DNA of 62,076 nucleotides, filler included, from Dugesia japonica (Eukaryota): NCBI GenBank assembly GCA_001938525.1. It is 6 parts of 6 records of this genome, joined end to end, with 100 filler letters (N's around TTAATTAATTAA, not from the genome) between each part and the next. Parts side by side here need not be neighbours in the genome. Positions count along the whole stretch, not along the records: positions 53,245 to 62,076 come from MQRL01585766.1; 5 more parts are not named here. One strand, 5' to 3'. Shown piece by piece: positions 53,520 to 62,076 of this stretch (position 1 is its first letter; each line of letters starts with the position of its first letter). The notes under the pieces were generated by a model. It saw only the letters and a program-made list of their open reading frames with translations, ran no database searches and was not told where the DNA came from. The position numbers and the translations under genes were made by a program.

Positions 53520-54418
53520 TTAGTACTTGATTTGATTAACATTAACATCAGCAACAACAATAGGTTCAACAATATTACAATAGATGAACATTTCATTATG
53601 ACACTTTAATATTCGAGATTTCTTATTACTTTCATATTGTAGTTGTTCATCATCATGACGTATTCGAGTATATTGCGATTCATTTAATCCTAATGTTTTT
53701 GTTAAGATTTTATCGAATCTAACACTTTTAGTTCTTCTCGACAATGTAAATTCAAATAGTTCATCTTTATTTAATTTAAAAGTTTTGAATAACATTGAAA
53801 GGTTTTCTTAAAGTATTCATGTAGTTGATTTAAATCCTTTATATACAAGTCGGTTTCAAATTGAAAAGAGTGTTTAATTACAGTCTCATAATAATATTAA
53901 ATTTTAAATTTCTCAACAGAATCATCGTTTTTAAAGTCATGAAAGCAAATCGAGAATGATTTGTAATCATCGACAGTTATACTACTTTACTTTCTATTAA
54001 CTTCCCTCAATCATATGTAAATCTAACCAAGTTTTCAAAAGTATCAAATGATAAACGGTGGAATTCATTATCACTACCTAAGTTTATCTTATTTTTTCTT
54101 GAATGCTTCTGGATTACTTTTGTATTTATCTTGAGAATTAACAGTTAAAAGAACTGGTTTTACTTTGTTGTTAACATCAAGTATTAGTTCTTTCTCAATT
54201 GGCTTAAATAATTCATATTTAATCCTTGATTGACTGNAAATGNGCATGTCTGAATATATAAAGGTGAAATCCATCATGGAAACTTGCCAATTACCATCCA
54301 TGTAAATTGGATTTTGATGCTCAACAATGTTTATAATACCATTACTAGTAGTATTATTTGGATGAACTAATGGACTACTATTACTTGGTAAAGGTGTATA
54401 GAAATTATTTGATGTCAT
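53520..54418 (-). pseudogene. Polinton minor capsid (penton) protein
   Basis: NFYTPLPSNSS..HPNNT..N, MDGNWQVSMMDF and MFIYCNIVEPIVVAD match FYxTLPSNSS, GxWEVGL and LYVYCDIVEPQxVGD. Disrupted. Confidence 0.87.
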
Positions 54419-55058
54419 CTGAATTTTTGTCTTGATTGACTATTTGTGATATTTATATATCTCACTTTGTTTTATCTATAGCATTTCACATAGTATTGTT
54501 TATTCATTCTATTTCTTTTAAACCGGAAAACTATTGCAAATATATTGAATACAATTATAAATAACAAAAGTATACTTGTAAACTTTATTATTCTTTGAAT
54601 ATGGAATCATTTCCCTTAGATACATTTACCATAAATCATCAATACCATATGTTTTATATGTTCTTGTTGGAAATCTTTTCAACATTGACTTCANNNNNNN
54701 NNNNNNNNNNNNNNNNNNNNNNNNNNNNNNNNNNNNNNNNNNNNNNNNNNNNNNNNNNNNNNNNNNNNNNNNNNNNNNNNNNNNNNNNNNNNNNTACTCA
54801 CCTCATTGATTTTTTATTTGTGTTTACAAGCGTTAATAAAGTTTTTTATGTTTTTTCAAGGTTTTCATTTTGGCTGCACTTAAATCTACATTACAATGAA
54901 CAATATTTATTATAAACCAAGTACATTATCTATAACATATAGTGGGAATGATTGTAAAGTTCTCATTCTAAAAGGTTTTGATGATTTAATCAAAGCGGTA
55001 AAAAACGGAACGCATCCTTGTAATTTCATCTTTATTTGTTAAAAATAATACATACCAT

Positions 55059-55250
55059 TTATTTTATTAAATTCGTTTTTATGTTTATCATTCTAAGCTT
55101 CTTTCTATTTCTTTTTGCAAGTTTTTTAAACATATTCCCTTTATTTACTCGCTGCTTCTTATTTACATGAAGTTTGTTATGCGATTGTTTCTTCTTTTTT
55201 CTATAATTTTTCTTCTCAAAAGATATTTTTTTGACGTTTAACAACACCAT
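55059..55250 (-). CDS. Small Lys/Arg-rich ORF downstream of the ATPase (possible Polinton core protein remnant)
   Basis: 63 aa, highly basic, co-oriented between the ATPase and minor capsid. Could be an AT-composition artefact. Confidence 0.3.
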   Translation of the reverse strand: MVLLNVKKISFEKKNYRKKKKQSHNKLHVNKKQRVNKGNMFKKLAKRNRKKLRMINIKTNLIK

Positions 55251-55286
55251 CAGTTATTTGATCAACTATAAATTTCATTAATTTTG

Positions 55287-55924
55287 TCATTTTTGTACTA
55301 CTATGAAAACATTATATATTATAATAATATTTTGTTTATATATTATGATACCATTTGGATTGAATATATCGGTTCTTACTCTATAATCATCTGGAAATTG
55401 ATGTGTAAAGTCAAGAAATAGATATCCATGTAGTTTTTCTGTTGAAATTTGAAATGATTGAATAAGAAATTCTCTATTATTTGGATAAGCTTGTCTTGCT
55501 AGAAAATCAACCACTGTCTGATCTCTAGGATTTTGAATAGAACCAAATATTACACGTTTAAATTATGGGTTCTATGACTACCTACTTGAGGAATAAATAT
55601 CACAGTCATAATACGATATCTTTTTCTTTGTTCACCTCCTAATACAGATCATCAACAACAATAACATTACCCGGTCTTAATCTTTTGTTCTAATTTTTAT
55701 CAAAACCATTTATAATTTTCATTTTAATATTACAAGATGTAGATTTAGTCAGCCCATGCTCCTCATCTGCACCCCTATGCAAGTATATGTTTTTTAAAGT
55801 CCGACTTGAATAACTTTGATTTCAATAATTGACATACAAACAACGTTTTCGCACTACCCCTAGGTCCTACAATTTGATAGACTGTATCATTTCTTAATTT
55901 CTCCATCTTGATTTCTTTATTCAT
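55287..55924 (-). pseudogene. Polinton FtsK/HerA (A32-like) genome-packaging ATPase
   Basis: Walker A IVGPRGSAKT (55844-55867), Walker B VIVVDDL (~55645-55665), NPRDQTVVDFLARQ, HGYLFLDF....PDDYRVRTDIF. Stops and frameshifts present. Confidence 0.92.
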
Positions 55925-56012
55925 AATTTAGTACATTGTTTATATTTGTTTTAACGAATAAATTAAATAAACTCCATCAAAACCCCCATNNNNNNTAATT
56001 AATTCATTAATT

Positions 56013-56464
56013 ATGATAACGAATATTAATTACCGTGGTGAAGTGTCGCAAGAAGTAACAAAGAAAATGAGCTTTCCTATAGGTAACCATGTCAATTTAA
56101 AGTCAAAAGTGACAAATATACAATTATATTCTTCAGATCAGGAAAATGTAGAATAATAAGTTGTAAGAAACCATTGGAACTGCATGATTTGAATCCTTAT
56201 GATATAAAAAATTTACAAATACAATCACTATCAATTGTCGTAAATATGAGAGTTTCAATAAAATTGTATAAATTAGTAAGAATAGTCAACTGTTGGTTCG
56301 AACCAGAGTTATTCCCCGCTCTAAGACTAGTATAATATGACCCTTTATGTGTTAATGTGTTCTCAACAGGAAAACTAGTGATACTGGGGATTAAAAATTT
56401 GTATTTTCAAGGATATCTGAATAACATTACTTCAGATTTGTTTAATTTGTTTGAAAAAATTTAG
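56013..56464 (+). pseudogene. Divergent TATA-binding-protein (TBP)-fold gene inside the Polinton
   Basis: With one frameshift (~56085) and one stop (56333-56335), it reads MITNINYRG...YTIIFFRSGKCRIISCK...LQIQSLSIVVNMRVSIKLYKL...CWFEPELFPALRLV*YDPLCVNVFSTGKLVILGIK... This is collinear with TBP motifs LIFSSGKMVCTGAK, FKIQNMV...IRLEGL, YEPELFPGL and LIFVSGKVVLTGAK. Absent from the ORF track. Confidence 0.85.
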
Positions 56465-57486
56465 TAGATTCGCAACACAGATGCTACTCAAGTACAATTC
56501 AAGTACAAATAATATTAATTTAAATCTAGATATTTAAATTTCAAATAATTAATATATTACGTTGTGGTTTTTTATTATACATATATTTATATTGCATTTC
56601 ATTATTATTTTCTTTTAAATTTCATTAAAATGACTAAAAAATGACATCAATGAAAGATTTTAAAGAAGGTTTTATTAAAACAGGTTTGACTTTTTAAAAT
56701 TAAATATATTAGAAGAACGGAAACCAATGCTTTCGGCTGTTATTGTAAATCAGTTCACGAGAGCTGATTTTTGTTCACCGGAATGTAATGGATGTTCAAA
56801 AAATGTCTTTGTTCAGGATTTTATTGACATTCGAACTAAACGATGAACAAAAGGATGAAAAAATTATGGAAGATATCAAGAATGATAAATTTGATGTTAA
56901 TGAAGAAGTTAAAATAGGAGAAGAAATACAAGGCTCAATATGAGATTCTAAAGGAATTCATACTTGCAGCAGCTGAAGAATATGAAAGTATGAAATTATT
57001 GTTTTAATAATAAATGTTATTTTGGAAAATTGTTTTTTTTATTAATATTTTCTTAATGTAAATATATTTTATAAGTAGTAAATAAAATATGAAAAATAAT
57101 AGCTAATTCCATAAGGTTGCAGCAAAGATGCAACACACATGTCTGGTAATTTTTAAAACTTCTAAAACCATTAAAATATTAATATTGCAATAGAGATGCA
57201 ACTCAGATGCAACAAATGATCAACATACATCATTTAAAATCACATTTCAAATAATTTTTAATCATATGTCTAATAATTTTTAATCTCATAAAACCATTAA
57301 AAATATACTTGGAAGTAATTTTTGCATTCAACACACACACTCAAGATCTTAGAAATTTTTTTAACTTCTAAAATTATTTATATTGTAATAGGAATGCAAC
57401 ACAGTTGCAACATACAAAAATTCACGTGTCTGGGAATTTTTAAAACTACTCAAACCACTAAAATATAACAATAATCCATGGTAACT

Positions 57487-57559
57487 AGAATTATGATAAT
57501 ATGAAATTAAACAATTAATAAATATTATTGATTGCCTAATTTCATATTACCATAATTCT
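57487..57559. repeat. Imperfect palindrome (~35-bp arms) in the Polinton subterminal region
   Basis: AGAATTATGATAATATGAAATTAAACAATTAATAA pairs with TTATTGATTGCCTAATTTCATATTACCATAATTCT (4 mismatches). Related sequence continues to ~57680. Confidence 0.85.
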
Positions 57560-57963
57560 TATTTAAGTAATTATAGTAATATGAAATTAAAATTTTCATT
57601 TTTTTAATTTNNNNNNACTTAAGTAATAAAAATTAAACAATCAATATATTTATCGATTGTTTAATTTTATAATTACCGTATTTTCAGGTATAAAATACGC
57701 ACAATATTAATACGTAATGAAAGTTATTTAACTAAACTAGGTAAATCCTTTAAAAATCCTAGCCATTGTACTTTAAAGAAATTTTACAAATCAAACACAA
57801 TCCATTCCACTCCGTGGGGAGGGAATGCGCGATAACTCATCTGTGTTTGTGCGCTCAGATCTACTTACTTGATATAATAAAATTATTTGGGTAAATTATT
57901 ACTCCATTCAAGAACGGGAGGATTAAATAAACGTGATTTTACCAAGTTTAACAGAGATTGGTC

Positions 57964-58276
57964 TTGAAAATATTCTTCAATGTAATTTAAATAATTTTTT
58001 GTTTTGATTAAATTTAGATTTTTAAAAGAATACATTTTTATTTAGAACCTCATTTTTCTTATATTTTTTATTAATATCATTGAGCCTGGATTTAACAATG
58101 CAATACTATGTAAGCAAATGAATTTTAGTTGCTCCTTTACATTTTCTATTCCAGGTATACCTGATGGTGAAATAGTTAACTCTGTTACTCAATGTCATTT
58201 ATGCTGCAATGATTGTTCTCAATACTATTACGAAGAGAAGCCGTCATGCCTTCCTATAAAGCATGAAGGCCAATAA
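57964..58276 (+). CDS. Candidate small secreted cysteine-rich peptide (two exons, TTG in place of ATG)
   Basis: 57964-57981 plus 58046-58276 via a 64-nt GT-AG intron: (L)KIFFNNLIFLIFFINIIEPGFNNAILCKQMNFSC...QCHLCCNDCSQYYYEEKPSCLPIKHEGQ*. Confidence 0.4.
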
Positions 58277-58743
58277 AGATTATTGGTCAAATAAATCTTT
58301 TCAAATCAAATTTGAAAATATGATTTATTATTTATAATATTTAAACAAAATAAAATATANNNNNNNNNNNNNNNNNNNNNNNNNNNNNNNNNNNNNNNNN
58401 NNNNNNNNNAATACATTTTTATTTAGAACCTCATTTTTCTTATATTTTTTATTAATATCATTGAGCCTGGATTTAACAATGCAATACTATGTAAGCAAAT
58501 GAATTTTAGTTGCTCCTTTACATTTTCTATTCCAGGTATACCTGATGGTGAAATAGTTAACTCTNNNNNNNNNNNNNNNNNNNNNNNNNNNNNNNNNNNN
58601 NNNNNNNNNNNNNNNNNNNNNNNNNNNNNNNNNNNNNNNNNNNNNNNNNNNNNNNNNNNNNNNNNNGTCAAATAAATCTTTTCAAATCAAATTTGAAAAT
58701 ATGATTTATTATTTATAATATTTAAACAAAATAAAATATAGTA

Positions 58744-58791
<48 letters not shown>

Positions 58792-60745
58792 CGCACATCT
58801 TTACTAACTGACTGCTTTATCTGAAAACCAAGAAACAGATTCAATAAATCGTAACAGTGAAATTTTCCTATTATTACACATTAAAGATGTGAGCCAACGT
58901 AAATGCATAAATTTAATTAATGATTTAGCACATCATAGTATTGATTTTAATGTTTTCAATTGTAATGATTTTAATAAAATACTACCGGGGTATTTTTTGA
59001 ATTTCATTTTTCATAATTTACTTAAAATATTGGTTTTAATGTTCAGAGAAAAACAAATATTTAAGAATTCAATTGATCTTTTATAGTGTTATCAATGCAG
59101 TATAGGTACTGTGAAGTTGAAATGAATCGAACGAGAAATATCAATGTTTTATGGAATTGTAACTGTAGCTACCATAGATGTAGTTACTGTGTTTATAGCA
59201 CCTTCGATTTTTAAAATGTATGTTTCATTTGAAACAAAAGTAGTATTAAATTTTGTGTGAAAAATAAAATGCTTAATTAATTATAATTTTAGGCGAAATG
59301 ATAATGCATCTGTTCATAACTTAATCTCCAAACCTCCAGCAAATATAGCTCCGCAAACAATCTATTCTCCAGATATGTTGCCATGNNNNNNNNNNNNNNN
59401 NNNNNNNNNNNNNNNNNNNNNNNNNNNNNNNNNNNNNNNNNNNNNNNNNNNNNNNNNNNNNNNNNNNNNNNNNNNNNNNNNNNNNNNNNAAGGAAAAACA
59501 CGAAAAATGAGAGAAACTAAGAAACAAATTATTTCAGAAAATGATATTAAATGTAAAATATAATAATACCTATAATTATATATTATTATGCCTGGTCCAG
59601 GCACTTGTGGCGTGGTGAAAATTTGGAAAATCCAAAGTCCGGTGATATATTAAAACAAGGCATGATTCACCTGGCTACTACAACAAATATCGCAAACCAA
59701 ACAAGAATTTGGATTTCCAAATTCGACGATGTCGATCATCTGCCGGATAGGGAGGTGAGCTGAGATACATACGCTCCCAGATAATGAAGAAAGTTGGTGT
59801 GCACATCGAACCGATAAGGTGAGAGTTTTGAGGTACATTTGTGGTATCAGTATGACATGAGAAAATAACCAATTCGGTTGCTGAATTCTGAAACAAACAA
59901 TAACGATTGGACGACCAATGTGGGTTTGAAATTTCAAACTATAAAATTATAAAGCAAGATCAAACATGACCACTTTATTATAACAACTAATTTATTAAAA
60001 AGGTATTTTAAAAGAATTTTTTAATACGACTAATTTATTGTAAGGAGACAGCTTCAATCCGAAACAAAAAGTAAAATTTAAAGTTTATTTGTTATCTTGA
60101 AATATAAATTGTAAAAATTATTTACAATCCGAGTGAATCCAAAGCCAGCATCGTGCTCCCATTAGTTGTTATAAGAGAAAACTGTCGGAGATGAGATGAG
60201 AACATTTATGCAAAATTAATGCAAAAATTGTGGTGATAACCTTTAAAATACTGAGTCGATTGATGTAAAAATATCTATGTTGTAATAATTGAAAAAATTA
60301 TTTTTGAAAATTTTGGATGTTCACCCTTATACAATGAAAAAATTGATTTAAAAATCTTTAAATTTGCATATTATTTAAACATGGACTATTCACCTGGATT
60401 CCTAAAAAAAAACTTATTAATATTTTTTTCAACTAAAAAGCCCTGAAAAATACAAAGGTGTTATGATCATAGGATAAAATTCTCTCATTTATTTTATTAT
60501 TTTTTTTGTTTAAATAAAATAATATTAAATCTAATCTAATAATTTATTTAGTTATAATGAATTTTAATTGCTATAAATAGTAACCAATTTTTGAAATAGT
60601 ATTAACAATTTACTAAAATTAGTACTTTATTTTAATATCTAAATTTTTGAATTTTTAAGGACATTTTAAGGATTTAATTTAAGATTAAATATTTTATGTC
60701 TAATAGATAGTTATGTATTAATTTATTATTCAAAAACAACCAACA

Positions 60746-61050
60746 TGTCCCAAAAAGTATTCAAAAAGTTCAATACCGGCGCACAAAAATTCTGTGTGAT
60801 AAAGAAAATCAACTTGCAAAGTTTATGAACTGCGACAAAGAGATAAAATAACAAGGTGGCAGTGCCAGTGGAATCCATACATTTCTAAGAACAAACCATG
60901 AAATCGACTTGCTAAAGAAAAAATCGCCCCAATACGCAGCATCTTCAACGGTTGCATTGCCATCGGCCAAAAATCCTAAATCTCTGATAACGGATTTCTT
61001 ACAAAATAAACAAGTCGTTATCCATAGACATATCTTAGTATGATTCTTAG
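60746..61050 (+). mobile_element. hAT transposase N-terminal BED zinc-finger remnant
   Basis: DKENQLAKFMNCDKEIK*QGGSASGIHTFLRTNHEIDLLKK fits BED AKCxxC...GGSTSGLHxHLxTxH with decayed ligands. Confidence 0.7.
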
Positions 61051-62076
61051 AGCAACTAACAGTATGAACTATTGAACATCTATTAGTATGAAAAGTGAGC
61101 AACTAATGTTAATATTGCCGGAGCGGCTAGTACTATTATTAATATCGCCCAACACAACTAATATTGCCTGCTGCGACTAACATTAACATTAATATTATCC
61201 GGCGCTACAAATGTTAGGACTAATAATGTTAACATACCATGGGAGAAAATTTACCTAGCAAATCATTAATTGCACTTAACTTAAAAACAATTCAACGTCA
61301 TTAGAAATATTACTACGTAATCAATACGAAATCATGACGTCACCATTACAAAACCACGATATCATCATCATGTGTTCATGAAATCATCATTACACAATCA
61401 TGACGTCATCAACACAAATACAAAAATTAAACAAACCAAATTTTAATATTACTGCCCATATTTATGTAATCACAAACCTAAAATTTCCGACCAATCAAAT
61501 TGCAGGAAACGTGTGTGCGAAAAATCAAATTTTTACCCAGGGGAGTAGCGTGGCAGTGCTGAAATAATTTACAACTATCGTCCTCTCAAATACCCACGTA
61601 AATCTTTCTAACTACAAACAATAACTATCAATCAGTTTTAAATAATCAAAAATAAAATAGCTAAGGTTATCTGCATTGTTGATAGTTAATTTATAACTCA
61701 CTTTTGTATTGTATAAAAAGAATTTAAGAGATCAAACTTACAAAATAATAACATTAGTAGTGACATTTATTAATTATTAAAAGTACAGAGAAAAATAAAT
61801 ACTTCTGCTTGGATAATTATAATATTATAAATAAATTTTCTTTTATAATTTATGGGAAATTCGAACCAAACTTGCTATATAACTTTGAAGATATAAATTT
61901 AAATATTATAATTTTCATAGAATATCGTTAGAAATAATAGATGTATCATAATTTTTGTTTAAATTAGTTTATTCAATCAGTAGGTTTATTTAAATTCAAT
62001 GCACATAGGTTGATCATAGTTATTTTGTTTAATGCAATCATGGCAACATAAATAACATTGACTTCTGCTCGAAACT

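Larger units (their letters stand above)
53245..57869. mobile_element. Right arm of a Polinton/Maverick (endogenous dsDNA virus-like transposon)
   Basis: Contains major capsid, minor capsid and packaging ATPase genes, subterminal repeats and palindromes, and ends in ATCTACTTACT (AGTAAGTAGAT on the minus strand). Confidence 0.85.

Noticed and set aside
56013-56464. Calling the TBP-like sequence the host TBP or TRF2 gene
   Set aside because: Much too diverged from the highly conserved cellular TBP core, intronless, disrupted and embedded among Polinton genes; no gene symbol assigned.
58410-58740. Second copy of the Cys-rich peptide exon
   Set aside because: Identical to 58030-58358 where readable and bounded by N gaps; probable assembly redundancy. 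The same applies to 29354-29420 versus 29471-29537.
60809-61102. 97-aa minus-strand ORF
   Set aside because: Antisense shadow of the plus-strand BED-finger remnant.

Overview
Very AT-rich eukaryotic DNA with 44-64 nt introns and (AAT)n microsatellites. This fits a planarian/flatworm genome, but that is an inference. The window is not one locus: five artificial 100-bp spacers (44 N + TTAATTAATTAA + 44 N) join six segments, the four complete ones being 9-11 kb. Most of it is decayed transposons: several Ty3/Gypsy LTR elements, mariner/Tc1, hAT MITEs, a Helitron, a Penelope-like element with a degenerate hammerhead ribozyme, an RLE-type (NeSL/R2-like) non-LTR element, and Polinton/Maverick remnants. 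Host gene pieces are seven coding segments of a MYCBPAP orthologue, the TM6-TM7 tail of an adhesion/Methuselah-type GPCR, two exons resembling the DNAH6 N-terminus, and a small Cys-rich secreted-peptide candidate. The most notable observation is in the last segment. A Polinton capsid-assembly module (major capsid, minor capsid, A32-type packaging ATPase) sits next to a divergently oriented, intronless, highly diverged TATA-binding-protein-like gene, which lies inside the element's putative AGTAAGTAGAT terminus. All family assignments come from motif recognition by eye; no searches were run.
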